From positions 1 through 64,000 of the IMG/VR virus record IMGVR_UViG_3300031555_004942: a stretch of DNA of 64,000 nucleotides. One strand, written 5' to 3'. Position numbers and translations under genes: made by a program. The stretch comes from a virus (Duplodnaviria; Caudoviricetes). The notes under the pieces are model-generated. The model was not told where the DNA came from, did not search any database, and was given only the letters and a program-made list of their open reading frames with translations. This document shows, one piece after another, positions 1 to 9,712 of the stretch (positions within the stretch are counted from its first letter, which is position 1; every line of letters begins with the position of its first letter).

Positions 1-2
1 AA

Positions 3-68
3 GGGTGGGAAGATAATCGTATAACTCATTGGATGCCTATGCCTAAACCACCAAAAATAGATATATAA
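3..68 (+). CDS. 3' end of DUF551-like phage protein (partial)
   Basis: Manual translation GWEDNRITHWMPMPKPPKIDI*; THWMPxPxPP is the DUF551 C-terminal motif. Confidence 0.7.
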   Translation, partial: GWEDNRITHWMPMPKPPKIDI

Positions 69-96
69 AAGACTGATTTTATTAAGGAGAAATGTT

Positions 97-408
97 ATGA
101 GCTATAAAATTACTGAAAATGATGCAAATATAGTTATTGATGCTTTACATGAATATCAGTTTGATAATGATTTTTTTATAAATAAAGTCAAAAAAGCATT
201 AACTAAATATGATGAACTGAAAGAAGCTTATATTGAAGAAAAATTACAAAGATATAAACTAATTGTTCCCAATGATAATTGTCCTTATATGTATTTTAAT
301 TTTGATAATGGTGTTGAATGCGGAGAACTTGATTGCCCTAAATGTAAATATAAATTTTTTCAGGATATCGAAAAAAAAATAAGAAGACTTGCTGATGAGC
401 AGTTTTAA
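97..408 (+). CDS. hypothetical protein with Cys cluster
   Basis: SD AGGAGA; 103 aa; CxxxxCxxC near C-terminus. Confidence 0.8.
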   Translation: MSYKITENDANIVIDALHEYQFDNDFFINKVKKALTKYDELKEAYIEEKLQRYKLIVPNDNCPYMYFNFDNGVECGELDCPKCKYKFFQDIEKKIRRLADEQF

Positions 409-455
409 TAAAAAAATTTAATAAAAAAATTTAATAAAAAAAGAGGTAAAATTTT

Positions 456-770
456 ATGAATTATCACATTTATCAAACAGATGCAGATTATCGCTTTCGT
501 GGATGGGATGATATAACTAAAATTAAATTTAATTTTGCAGATTATCATAGAGTATATTATGGAAATATTATAGATGATTATACTAAAGATGATAATAAAA
601 TTTTGGAAGAGTTATACGAAACATTTAATATAAATCATCCTAAAGATTATCATGCAAGATCATTGTCTGTAAGTGATGTTGTTAAAATTGTAAGAGATAA
701 TACAATAAGATATTATTATTGTGACAATATAGGATGGCAATTAATATCATCTGAACAAATGTCAAAATAA
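456..770 (+). CDS. YodL-like domain protein
   Basis: LEELYETFNINHPKDYHARSLSVSDVV matches the YodL signature. Confidence 0.8.
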   Translation: MNYHIYQTDADYRFRGWDDITKIKFNFADYHRVYYGNIIDDYTKDDNKILEELYETFNINHPKDYHARSLSVSDVVKIVRDNTIRYYYCDNIGWQLISSEQMSK

Positions 771-797
771 AAGTCACATTTTAAAAAGGAGTTAATT

Positions 798-1082
798 ATG
801 CAAAAATTGATTGATATTTCAGGTAATACATATGGATTTCTTAAAGTTATTTCCTTCTCTCATATGGGTGAACGTAGACGGAGTTATTGGAAATGTAAAT
901 GCCTAAGATGTGGAAAAGAAGTTGTCCTTAGAAAAGATGATTTTATTTATCCTTATAGCAAAGTTAAATCTTGCGGATGTTGGCATGTTGAAGAAAGTAA
1001 AATAAGAGCTAATAAACAAAGAAATAAAAATACAGGTAAATTTCAATCTACTAATAATATAATGGGGGTATCTTGTATATGA
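798..1082 (+). CDS. HNH/AP2 homing-endonuclease-associated N-terminal domain, no nuclease domain seen
   Basis: DISGNTYGFLKVI..YWKCKCxxCG..KSCGC pattern. Confidence 0.65.
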   Translation: MQKLIDISGNTYGFLKVISFSHMGERRRSYWKCKCLRCGKEVVLRKDDFIYPYSKVKSCGCWHVEESKIRANKQRNKNTGKFQSTNNIMGVSCI

Positions 1083-1312
1083 ACGATCTTGCAATAATTA
1101 TGTCAATTATGTATATAGGTGTCACAAGTCTGATGGTATTTTTTGTCTGGGATGGTTTTACATATTTAAATCCTCAAACTATCTATGATAAAACTAAACT
1201 AAATTGGTTTGGAACACTATTGGTTACTTTGTTTATATATGTTGCCTTACCTCATATAGTTTTAGTTTATTGTATTGTTGAGTTATGTACCATGGGTAGA
1301 AAGAAAGAATAA
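1073..1312 (+). CDS. small membrane protein, paralog of next gene
   Basis: Two hydrophobic stretches; NP..Y..LN.FG..GRK shared with 1456..1713. Confidence 0.7.
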   Translation: MYMNDLAIIMSIMYIGVTSLMVFFVWDGFTYLNPQTIYDKTKLNWFGTLLVTLFIYVALPHIVLVYCIVELCTMGRKKE

Positions 1313-1455
1313 AATTATCATTTTATGTTATATGCCCTCCAGAAGCTACAGAATTCGATTTTAGACACTTTATCATTTTTCTGGACAAACTATATTCCTG
1401 AATGATAAAATTGAAATTTCGAGCTTTTAAAGCTATTAGAAAGGATGTGTTATTT

Positions 1456-1713
1456 ATGTATGAATATAATACAATTTATATATCAATCTATGGTTTTTAT
1501 TTATTTGTATCAGCACTTGTGATTATATGTAAGTGTTCAGATTTATACTTTTTTAACCCTATTAGAAATTATAAAAAATGGAAATCTCTTAATTTCTTAG
1601 GTGTTGGATTTTTTACAATATTACTACATATTTTATTTCCACATATGGCTATTATATATTGGATTTATGTATTGTTTACTTTTGGTAGAAAAAAGGAGAA
1701 TGAAAATGAGTAA
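1456..1713 (+). CDS. small membrane protein, paralog of previous gene
   Basis: Start moved to ATG after AAGGATG; FFNPIRNY..LNFLG..FGRKK. Confidence 0.7.
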   Translation: MYEYNTIYISIYGFYLFVSALVIICKCSDLYFFNPIRNYKKWKSLNFLGVGFFTILLHILFPHMAIIYWIYVLFTFGRKKENENE

Positions 1714-1927
1714 ACTTTATGCTGATGATTTTAATTATATACAATCAGAATGTTATGGCACTCTTGTTAAATTAGAAGAAATTAATAAAATGATTGAATA
1801 TGGTGCTATTTCTATTGATAAAGATAAACTTCAAGAATATAAATTTGATACTACTGTATTCTATAATAAGGAAAGATATACTCGTGATGAAGCTTTTCAG
1901 TTTTGGAAAAATAATAAATATATTTAG
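1706..1927 (+). CDS. hypothetical protein
   Basis: SD AAGGAG upstream; MSKLYADD start chosen, an in-frame ATG at 1700 is also possible. Confidence 0.7.
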   Translation: MSKLYADDFNYIQSECYGTLVKLEEINKMIEYGAISIDKDKLQEYKFDTTVFYNKERYTRDEAFQFWKNNKYI

Positions 1928-1961
1928 TAGAAAATCAAACAGATAAAAAGGAAGAAGAAAT

Positions 1962-2156
1962 ATGAAATTTGTAAGAGACACAAATAGAATTTATACAGTT
2001 ATGGATTTTGAAGATGGAGAAGAAATAGAATTTGCATATGCTCCTGATAAACCCTCTGCAGTAAATAAAGGATATGAATGTTGGAAAAGTAAAGTTGATG
2101 GTAGAATTAGATTGTTAACTCAGGAAGATATTAATAGGTGTAAAAAAGGAGAATAA
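1962..2156 (+). CDS. hypothetical protein
   Basis: SD and tight operon packing. Confidence 0.7.
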   Translation: MKFVRDTNRIYTVMDFEDGEEIEFAYAPDKPSAVNKGYECWKSKVDGRIRLLTQEDINRCKKGE

Positions 2157-2158
2157 TA

Positions 2159-2362
2159 ATGACTGTTCATGTTTATATGTATCCTAAAGAAAAAATAAAT
2201 TATGATAAGTTTTTATTCGAAAATTATTATCTTGGATTATATAAAACTTATTATAAGGTAGGATCTGTTAAGGATTATTACTTAGACTATAGATTATATG
2301 ATAAAGAAGATGATGTTATTGCTTCTATAAGTAAAAAAAATTTCTTTTTAAAAATTCAATAA
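2159..2362 (+). CDS. hypothetical protein
   Basis: SD AGGAG and tight packing. Confidence 0.7.
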   Translation: MTVHVYMYPKEKINYDKFLFENYYLGLYKTYYKVGSVKDYYLDYRLYDKEDDVIASISKKNFFLKIQ

Positions 2363-2375
2363 GGAGATTGATTAT

Positions 2376-2612
2376 ATGTATAAAGTAGAAAGAATGGATG
2401 TTTGCATTTGTGTGAATTCTTCATATGATTATTATTTGCAAAATGTAAAAGTTATAAAGGTTAATTATGATAGAGATGATATTGTTTCTGTAAAAATACA
2501 AAGACCTGTATTATCAAAAGATCCTTGGGGTGGTCCTCGTATTTATTTTCATTATGAAACTATTATATGGGATACTTTTAAAATGGATTTTAAATTACTA
2601 AATTTAGAATAA
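2376..2612 (+). CDS. hypothetical protein
   Basis: SD AAGGAG. Confidence 0.7.
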   Translation: MYKVERMDVCICVNSSYDYYLQNVKVIKVNYDRDDIVSVKIQRPVLSKDPWGGPRIYFHYETIIWDTFKMDFKLLNLE

Positions 2613-2623
2613 AGGAGTTTTAT

Positions 2624-2902
2624 ATGATTACTAATATTAAAGAAAATGATATCATTATATGTGTAAGACCATATACTGTTTATGATGATTATGATTTGTT
2701 CCTAAAACCTTTAATAGTAAAAGAAATTATTCATGAACCTCACGATTCATATATAAAACAAGTTGTATTACAATCTGTTAAAACATATCATAAGTATCAT
2801 AAGCCTTTATATGGACATTTTTCAATGACAGATACTCATTATTTATCTTTTTCTGACATTCAGGATAACTTTAAAAAAATTAATTTGGAGGAAATTCTAT
2901 GA
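2624..2902 (+). CDS. hypothetical protein
   Basis: SD AAGGAG; ATGA overlap with next gene. Confidence 0.7.
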   Translation: MITNIKENDIIICVRPYTVYDDYDLFLKPLIVKEIIHEPHDSYIKQVVLQSVKTYHKYHKPLYGHFSMTDTHYLSFSDIQDNFKKINLEEIL

Positions 2903-3399
2903 TTGATAGATTGATTTATTGTAACCTTGGTCACGTCTATAATGTGACTGATTATTTTAATTATCTTACACAAACAAATCAAATTGTAGGTACTAATGAT
3001 TGCTATAAGTATGGATATTTTATAGCTCATGATGTTTGGGATACTCATATCTACAGAATTCAAATTGGTCTTAATTCTAATTATGAATCTGAACCTGATA
3101 CTAAAATAATTGAAACTTATAATATCCCTCATGAAGAATTGATTGAATTCTGTAAAGAAGAATATAATGTATCAATTAAAAAAGATATAGATCTTAGAAA
3201 AGCTATAGATGCTTTAATTAAACGTATTGGATTACATAAACTCCTTAAAATTATTATTAATTACGATTATTCTAATGGCTTCGATAATTGGGATGTTGAT
3301 GAATTTAGATTTAATACTCCTCTCTCTGAATTGATTTCACTTATAGATGGAGGATATGGTATTACTAAAATTGAATTGGATGGTGATTTGTATGAATGA
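2899..3399 (+). CDS. hypothetical protein
   Basis: SD GGAGG; 166 aa. Confidence 0.75.
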   Translation: MIDRLIYCNLGHVYNVTDYFNYLTQTNQIVGTNDCYKYGYFIAHDVWDTHIYRIQIGLNSNYESEPDTKIIETYNIPHEELIEFCKEEYNVSIKKDIDLRKAIDALIKRIGLHKLLKIIINYDYSNGFDNWDVDEFRFNTPLSELISLIDGGYGITKIELDGDLYE

Positions 3400-3772
3400 T
3401 AAAACTTTGAAAATTATTGCTGTTTGTAAAGGTTGGGGACATTATACTGATGAATCTTCTACCCTTGAAGCTCTAACTAACTTTTTCTCTGATTTGTATG
3501 GACATCCTACTCATTTTTATACTTATGAAGAAGTTGAAAGAATTATGCGTAATGCTCTTTATGATTATATCGATCATTGCGATAGACCATCTGATGTCTT
3601 ACGTGATATGTATAGTATGGCTGATTTCGATGAATCTCAAACTCTTGTAGAACGTATTTATATGGTTTTCGCTACATCTATGGTCTATGAAGCTTCTCTT
3701 GAACCAAAATTCTGTAATGGATTTGATGAACGCTTTGATGTTATTTGTGATGAATTGAATAAGAGGTGTTGA
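3392..3772 (+). CDS. hypothetical protein
   Basis: Start MNDKT overlaps the previous stop. Confidence 0.7.
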   Translation: MNDKTLKIIAVCKGWGHYTDESSTLEALTNFFSDLYGHPTHFYTYEEVERIMRNALYDYIDHCDRPSDVLRDMYSMADFDESQTLVERIYMVFATSMVYEASLEPKFCNGFDERFDVICDELNKRC

Positions 3773-3775
3773 TTT

Positions 3776-4054
3776 GTGTTTTTGATTATTATTACTATTA
3801 CTTTAATTTGTTTAGTTATTCTGGGATTTTTTACATATAATTATTTTATAGCTGCATGTTGTCTATATGAGGATATAAAAACTGCAACACAAGTCCCTGT
3901 TACTACTAATATGCAGTTGCAAGAACAACCTGATGTTTCAAAAGAAATAACATCTTGTGATAAGCTTTTTAAATATGCTATAAGATTATTTATTGCTTTC
4001 TTGATTGCTTTGGTTGTTAATGTTTTTACTATATTTTATTTTATTTTTATGTGA
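3776..4054 (+). CDS. membrane protein
   Basis: Two hydrophobic segments; GTG start. Confidence 0.65.
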   Translation: MFLIIITITLICLVILGFFTYNYFIAACCLYEDIKTATQVPVTTNMQLQEQPDVSKEITSCDKLFKYAIRLFIAFLIALVVNVFTIFYFIFM

Positions 4055-4068
4055 GGAGATGATTTTTT

Positions 4069-4284
4069 ATGACACTTTTATTGGTGACTATTTTTATAAC
4101 ATTTGTTTGTTTTATTATTTGTTTAGCTTTTTATTCTATCAATTATGGTAAATATAGTCAATGCTCTTATGATAAAGCTACTCATCTTGCAGGAAGTATA
4201 TTCTTTCTTGTTCTTTCAATAATCTTTGGACTTAGTACTTTTATTTTGACTTTTCCTACTTTTGATTATATAATAAATTTTTAA
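4069..4284 (+). CDS. membrane protein
   Basis: SD GAGGAG; two hydrophobic segments. Confidence 0.65.
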   Translation: MTLLLVTIFITFVCFIICLAFYSINYGKYSQCSYDKATHLAGSIFFLVLSIIFGLSTFILTFPTFDYIINF

Positions 4285-4462
4285 ATTAGAACCACCTTTA
4301 TCTTTGTGAGTTATCCACTTCTTACTCTTTCTCCTTAGATATTAAAGGTGGTCTCTTTTTTATACCCTGTTATTCCCCTTTTCGTTAAAAATTCTATATA
4401 CTTTTCTTATCAAAAAATTTCCTTTCTCGTAGAAAAAATTATATACTTTTTTCTTTTGCCTA

Positions 4463-4491
4463 TTGACTTTTTTTATCTTTTATGTTATAAT
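4463..4491 (+). promoter_or_regulatory. sigmaA-type promoter
   Basis: TTGACT-17bp-(TG)TATAAT. Confidence 0.75.
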
Positions 4492-4581
4492 GTTTATATA
4501 TATAAATAACTCTTAAATTACTCATTTTTAAGGTGGTTTTTTATAAAAGTGATTACCTATTTTTGAAAGGAGGAATGTAAG

Positions 4582-4848
4582 GTGAGTAACCTCTCAGAAC
4601 AAGAACTTACTAAGGTGAGTGATAATTATAATTCTATAACTAAAGACTTTGTTGTTCATGATTTTGATGCTTTTCATAAACTTATTAGAGAACTTAATAG
4701 AAATTTTATGTCCGATGAAACTGCTAATATTAATCTTGATAATAATTCTCTTTTAAAAGGTAAATATATGTTACATAAGTTTAATTGGAATTCTATTCCT
4801 AATTCTGATGATGAAGATTTAAATGACTATGTTTTGGATGAAAAATAG
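4582..4848 (+). CDS. hypothetical protein
   Basis: SD AAGGAGG, GTG start. Confidence 0.75.
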   Translation: MSNLSEQELTKVSDNYNSITKDFVVHDFDAFHKLIRELNRNFMSDETANINLDNNSLLKGKYMLHKFNWNSIPNSDDEDLNDYVLDEK

Positions 4849-4859
4849 GAGGTGATTTT

Positions 4860-6233
4860 ATGTCTAATAATTTAACTCAAGACATTATTAATCAACAAAA
4901 AACAGGTGTCGCTAAAAATACTAATCCTTATGCTTCTAAATTAAAAGAAGAACAAGTGATTAATACTTCTCAATTGGTAGAACTTTTTGGCTCTCCTACT
5001 AATAAAAAAACTTATAAGAAAAATAAATATATTTCAAATTGTACTAAAGATTCTTTAATTAAAAAAGCAAGTCAATATTGTATAATTAATCCCTTAGGTA
5101 ATGGGGAATTTAAAATAGAAAAAGTTTTTAATTTCTCTCTTAATAAAAAAATAGTAAATTTCTTGAATGGCTCTAAAGATAAATTCTTTAAAACAGTTCT
5201 TTTGAAACTTATTACATATTTTATTTTAACTCAAAAAAATGAAAATAATTGTCTCTCTTTTAGATTAATGGAATATGCTCAAAAATTCCGTTTAATTAAT
5301 GAAAACTATCAGGTCCTTAAATATGCTGATAATGATAATAAAACTCTTATGTTGAATGAAATAAAAGTGTCAGAATTATCTCTTACTGAATTCTATAATT
5401 CTGTTGATAATGCTATTAATTCTGCTCTTTTAGATGTTCTTAATGCTTTGGCTAATGTTCATGCTATTTCTTTAACTAAAAATATGCTTATCTTAATTAA
5501 ACAAGATGATAAAGGTAATTACTATAAAAAAAGAGCTTCTGAAAAAGAAGAGGGCATTATTACTAAAGCTATTGACAATTTCGTTACTAAATATAATGTC
5601 CAAAATTATAATGACTTGTTTTATGGTAAGTATATAAAACCTAAATTTGAAAAGTATATTCAACAAACATTACAAACTATTGGTGCTGTTAATTTCTATA
5701 GAACTTATGAGGTATTTATTACTAATTCTGTTCTCTTAAATCATATCCTTGATTATACTGATTTTAAAGAAGAACATATAAAATTTTATTATGCTTATTT
5801 AAATGCTTTATTTATTGATAAAATGAATGAAAATGCCTCTTCTCGTAATCAGAAAAGAATTTTAAAAGCTATTAGAAATTCTGACCTTATTTCTTCTTAT
5901 CTTCAGGAAAATAATATTAATTCTGAAGATTTAACTACTACTAATTATTCTGAACTTATTCCTCAAGAATTAGTGGATTCTGTTGTTAAACAGTTGTTTC
6001 AAAATACTAATGAAAAAAATGAAAATAAAGATTTCTCTAAATTATCTTCTACTTTAGTTAATGAAAAAGAATTTCAAACTCTTTGTCAAACTAATATTAA
6101 AGATAATCCCCCTGTTAGATTATTTCAATTAGCTATTGATAATTCTGTTGAGGGTAAACCTATTGATATTAATAAGGGAGACCCTGTTGTCTCTTTAATT
6201 GAAGATAAAAAAAATAAATATATTGATGAATAA
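4860..6233 (+). CDS. hypothetical protein, candidate replication initiator
   Basis: 457 aa directly upstream of DnaA-box region; function inferred from position only. Confidence 0.5.
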   Translation: MSNNLTQDIINQQKTGVAKNTNPYASKLKEEQVINTSQLVELFGSPTNKKTYKKNKYISNCTKDSLIKKASQYCIINPLGNGEFKIEKVFNFSLNKKIVNFLNGSKDKFFKTVLLKLITYFILTQKNENNCLSFRLMEYAQKFRLINENYQVLKYADNDNKTLMLNEIKVSELSLTEFYNSVDNAINSALLDVLNALANVHAISLTKNMLILIKQDDKGNYYKKRASEKEEGIITKAIDNFVTKYNVQNYNDLFYGKYIKPKFEKYIQQTLQTIGAVNFYRTYEVFITNSVLLNHILDYTDFKEEHIKFYYAYLNALFIDKMNENASSRNQKRILKAIRNSDLISSYLQENNINSEDLTTTNYSELIPQELVDSVVKQLFQNTNEKNENKDFSKLSSTLVNEKEFQTLCQTNIKDNPPVRLFQLAIDNSVEGKPIDINKGDPVVSLIEDKKNKYIDE

Positions 6234-6290
6234 TAAATTTTTATGTGTAAGTTTTTTATAGTAAAATTCATTATTTTGACCTTGTTTTTT

Positions 6291-6925
6291 ATACGTCTAT
6301 TTTTGTTTTAATATATACGTAGTATATAGTATTCTTAGTACGTAGTACTGTTAAGAAATTTTTAGACGTATAATTTTATGTTTTTTTTGTTAGTTGAATT
6401 CTACTTAAAAAAGCTATAAAATATTTTTTTGTAATATTTATGTAATATTAATTGGTGAATTGTATGAGGAAAAATCCTTGAATAAGATAAAAAATAAAGA
6501 AAAATAAACTTTTTCTTCGATGAATATTGGCTTTTTTAGTTCTTTGATTGTTATTTTATAGATAAATAGTGTGTTTTTAAAATTGTTTTTGTTCGATGCT
6601 TATTAGGGTTTGAGTAGATAAATAGTTTGTTTGGTTATTTTGGTTAAGGTGGAATGGATTGGTTAAATGGGTTAAAATGTAGATGTTTATTGGAAATTAT
6701 TTTTTAAAATTTGGCTCACATCCCTTTCTCCCCTCTCTATTCACACTTTATCCACACTTAAAATAAAAGTTATCCACACAATACACGAAGTTATCCACAT
6801 ATTAAAAAGTAAAATAAAGAGCCTTCAAAAAAAATAAATAATTTGTCTGTGGTGATTGCAAAGCAAGCAAGGAACAGACTCCGCAGATGAACGAAGTGAG
6901 GCAAGGAATGCGAGGGACGAGCTAA
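6291..6925. other. candidate replication origin (TACGT repeats, DnaA boxes, ssDNA-type hairpins)
   Basis: TTATCCACA at 6748, 6770, 6791; inverted ATACGTCTA/TAGACGTAT at 6291/6363; base-composition switch across the region. Confidence 0.7.
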
Positions 6926-6964
6926 AATAATTTAGTTAGGTAGAAAAATATTTTTAAATAAGAC

Positions 6965-6993
6965 TTGACAAAAGGAAATATTTATGGTATAAT
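6965..6993 (+). promoter_or_regulatory. sigmaA promoter
   Basis: TTGACA-17bp-(TG)TATAAT. Confidence 0.85.
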
Positions 6994-7020
6994 AAATAAA
7001 AAAGAGAGGAGAGATATAAT

Positions 7021-7428
7021 ATGTTTGATAAACTAAAAGAGAAAATAGAGGCTAAAATAGAGAAAGAGTGTAAACCTTTAATTTATAATCCAAGTGATGG
7101 AGATACATATAGAGAAGTTATGATAGAGAATCATAGAAGGCTCTGGAAATGGATAATGTGGAGAACTATTATAGGAAAATGGAAAGAAGCAAAATATAAT
7201 TATTTTACACATTATGATATAGATAATATAAAAGAAAATTGTTTTTTATGTGAGTATGTATTCCAAGAAAGATTAGGATTATGTTATAGATGTCCAGTAA
7301 AATGGAAATTATGTGGAGAAAGGAATAGTCTATATAAAAAATGGTATGCTTGTTTATCAACTGAATGGATAGAATCAGCCTATTATGCATGGAGAATAAG
7401 TAGAGTGAGAGAGAAAAAAGAGGAATAA
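7021..7428 (+). CDS. Cys-rich hypothetical protein, paralog of 8116..8610
   Basis: NHRRLWxWI..CFLCEY..CxxC..KWY. Confidence 0.8.
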   Translation: MFDKLKEKIEAKIEKECKPLIYNPSDGDTYREVMIENHRRLWKWIMWRTIIGKWKEAKYNYFTHYDIDNIKENCFLCEYVFQERLGLCYRCPVKWKLCGERNSLYKKWYACLSTEWIESAYYAWRISRVREKKEE

Positions 7429-7429
7429 G

Positions 7430-7624
7430 ATGAAATACATATTAAGTGAGGAAGAGTTTAAGGTATATAGGCTATGTAGAGCAGAGATAATAAGAACCTA
7501 TAATGGTTTTATTAAATTATTAAAAGAAGAAAGATATAAAGAAGATCAGAATATTATTAATAGAATGAAACAATATGCTGATATATTAGATATAAAAGCA
7601 GGGGAAGAATACAAAGGAGTATAA
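7430..7624 (+). CDS. hypothetical protein
   Basis: Tight packing, SD. Confidence 0.7.
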   Translation: MKYILSEEEFKVYRLCRAEIIRTYNGFIKLLKEERYKEDQNIINRMKQYADILDIKAGEEYKGV

Positions 7625-7625
7625 A

Positions 7626-8129
7626 ATGAATTATAGAACAAATTTATTTAAGGTACTAAAAGAATATGGGATAGAAGCAGGAAAATATTTTAAGATAAAA
7701 GAAACTAATGAAGTTTATTTTATGGATAGTTGTTTTGATTTTTTTCAAGTAGATATTCCCTCTTATGACAAACATTTTGTAAGTGAAGAGGGTAATAAAG
7801 ATATTTTCTATAATATACTTATGGGAGTTTATAACGTTGAAAAACATATAGTAAGAGAATATAGTGATGGAGAAAAAACTATTTTAAATCTACTATATAC
7901 TAATAATTTTCAACATATAGCAAGATATAATAATTGTTTATATGCATATTATAAATTTCCAGAGAAATCAATGTTTGTAAATCCAACATATTATGAAAGG
8001 GTATTAAGAGTTCCAAATCAGTATTTTTCTTGGATTAAAGAAGCAGAAATACAAAAAATAGAACGTAATGATGTGGAATATAGATTGATAGATATGGGAA
8101 GGTATAAAGAGGAGAATGCAAATGGATAA
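7626..8129 (+). CDS. hypothetical protein
   Basis: SD AAGGAG; 167 aa. Confidence 0.75.
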   Translation: MNYRTNLFKVLKEYGIEAGKYFKIKETNEVYFMDSCFDFFQVDIPSYDKHFVSEEGNKDIFYNILMGVYNVEKHIVREYSDGEKTILNLLYTNNFQHIARYNNCLYAYYKFPEKSMFVNPTYYERVLRVPNQYFSWIKEAEIQKIERNDVEYRLIDMGRYKEENANG

Positions 8130-8610
8130 AATAGATATAAAAATAAAATTAAAGATATTTTTCTTCAGGAGAAAATATATAAAAGAAATAGAAGAAAAGA
8201 TAAAAGCAAGTGAAAAAGATATATATACATACTTTAAACCATACAATTTAGATGATAAATGTACTAACTACAGAGAATTAACTATTATTAATCATAGAAG
8301 ATTATGGGGATGGATAGCATATAACACATTAAAGAAAAGGAAAAAATATCTTAAAATAGATTATTTTCACTATTATAATATTCCTCATAGTAAATATCCA
8401 GATTGTTTTTGTTATCTTTGTGAATATAAAAATAGACATAATCAGTTATGTGTTAATTGTTTATTAGATTGGGAAACAGATGATAAATATAGTTCTATAT
8501 GCACCTATAGTTATTTTCAAAAATGGTATAGTTCAATGACATGGATAGAGAAATATTATTATGCAGATAAAATAGCAAATCTTAAAGAGAGAAAAAAGGA
8601 GAATAAATAA
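8116..8610 (+). CDS. Cys-rich hypothetical protein, paralog of 7021..7428
   Basis: NHRRLWGWI..CYLCEY..CVNC..KWY. Confidence 0.8.
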   Translation: MQMDKIDIKIKLKIFFFRRKYIKEIEEKIKASEKDIYTYFKPYNLDDKCTNYRELTIINHRRLWGWIAYNTLKKRKKYLKIDYFHYYNIPHSKYPDCFCYLCEYKNRHNQLCVNCLLDWETDDKYSSICTYSYFQKWYSSMTWIEKYYYADKIANLKERKKENK

Positions 8611-8611
8611 A

Positions 8612-8902
8612 ATGGAAAATAAGTGTATTTGGTATAGTACAAAAGATAATCAGTGTAAAATACTTGAAGAAACTCAGTGTTTAGAGGGTAAAAAATGTAC
8701 TTTTTGTGAATGTCAACAAGCATATAATGAAAGAATAAAAGAATTTAATGAAAAAATGAAACCATACATAGATGGATTTAATCAAGTAGCTTATAAAAAT
8801 AGATGGACAATTCAGAAAAAAGAAACAAATTATAAGGATTTTATGAAAATGAGTTCTGTAAGAAAAACCATGTATTTAAAAGAAAATGGGATTATAATAT
8901 GA
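8612..8902 (+). CDS. hypothetical protein
   Basis: SD AAGGAG; Cys-rich N-terminus. Confidence 0.7.
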   Translation: MENKCIWYSTKDNQCKILEETQCLEGKKCTFCECQQAYNERIKEFNEKMKPYIDGFNQVAYKNRWTIQKKETNYKDFMKMSSVRKTMYLKENGIII

Positions 8903-9096
8903 CAGATATAGAGAATATAAAAAATAATATTAAATACATATTAAATAATATAGAATTAAAAGATATTCCAGAAAGAGATAAATTAGTAGCCTTAGATATA
9001 TTTTTACATAAAAGAGAAGATTTACATAAAGAATTAAGTAATGAAAAATTAATAAATATATTGAAATGGTTATTACACACAGCTTATTGGGTATAA
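8899..9096 (+). CDS. hypothetical protein
   Basis: ATGA overlap. Confidence 0.6.
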   Translation: MTDIENIKNNIKYILNNIELKDIPERDKLVALDIFLHKREDLHKELSNEKLINILKWLLHTAYWV

Positions 9097-9122
9097 AATG
9101 AGTAAAAAAGGAGAAAAGAAAT

Positions 9123-9308
9123 ATGTATGATATGACAGTACAACAACTAATAAATTTTCTAAACACAATTGAAGATAAAAATCAGGTAGTAACAATGAAT
9201 AATTTTGATTTTACCTCAAGCTATCCTGTAAAATATGCAATAGAAATAAAAAATTCAAGTGATGAAGTTCAATATCCTGCTGGAGTATGTCTAATAGGAG
9301 ATCTATAA
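9123..9308 (+). CDS. hypothetical protein
   Basis: SD AAGGAG. Confidence 0.7.
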   Translation: MYDMTVQQLINFLNTIEDKNQVVTMNNFDFTSSYPVKYAIEIKNSSDEVQYPAGVCLIGDL

Positions 9309-9318
9309 GGAGAAAAAA

Positions 9319-9498
9319 ATGATTAAATTAACAGAAAGTCTTAAGCAATGGCTAATAAAAAATCATCCAGATATAATTCATTTAATACTGTTTGGTCATC
9401 TTGAATTATTTACAAAAGAAATGCAAGAGGAATATTTATCTTGGTGTAAAACAGATGAAGGAAAACAATATTTAAAAGATGGAGATGTGCGAATTTAA
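9319..9498 (+). CDS. hypothetical protein (59 aa, absent from ORF track)
   Basis: SD AAGGAG; MIKLTESLKQWLIKNHPD... Confidence 0.65.
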   Translation: MIKLTESLKQWLIKNHPDIIHLILFGHLELFTKEMQEEYLSWCKTDEGKQYLKDGDVRI

Positions 9499-9712
9499 TT
9501 TATTTAAAATATCTTGAACAGCAAGAAGAAATTAATAAATTAAAATAGATAATAATGGATAAAATATTTGAAAATTTTCTAATAATAACAATGGTTTGTA
9601 TAGCAATAATTTTTATCATGGCATATATCCTTAGTTGTATAATACATGCCTATATATTAATTTAACTAAACTAAATAAAATAAACTAAAATAAAGAGAGG
9701 AATGAAAGTATT

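Noticed and set aside
404-442. (TTTAATAAAAAAA)x3 tandem repeat
   Set aside because: Low-complexity slippage repeat with no spacers
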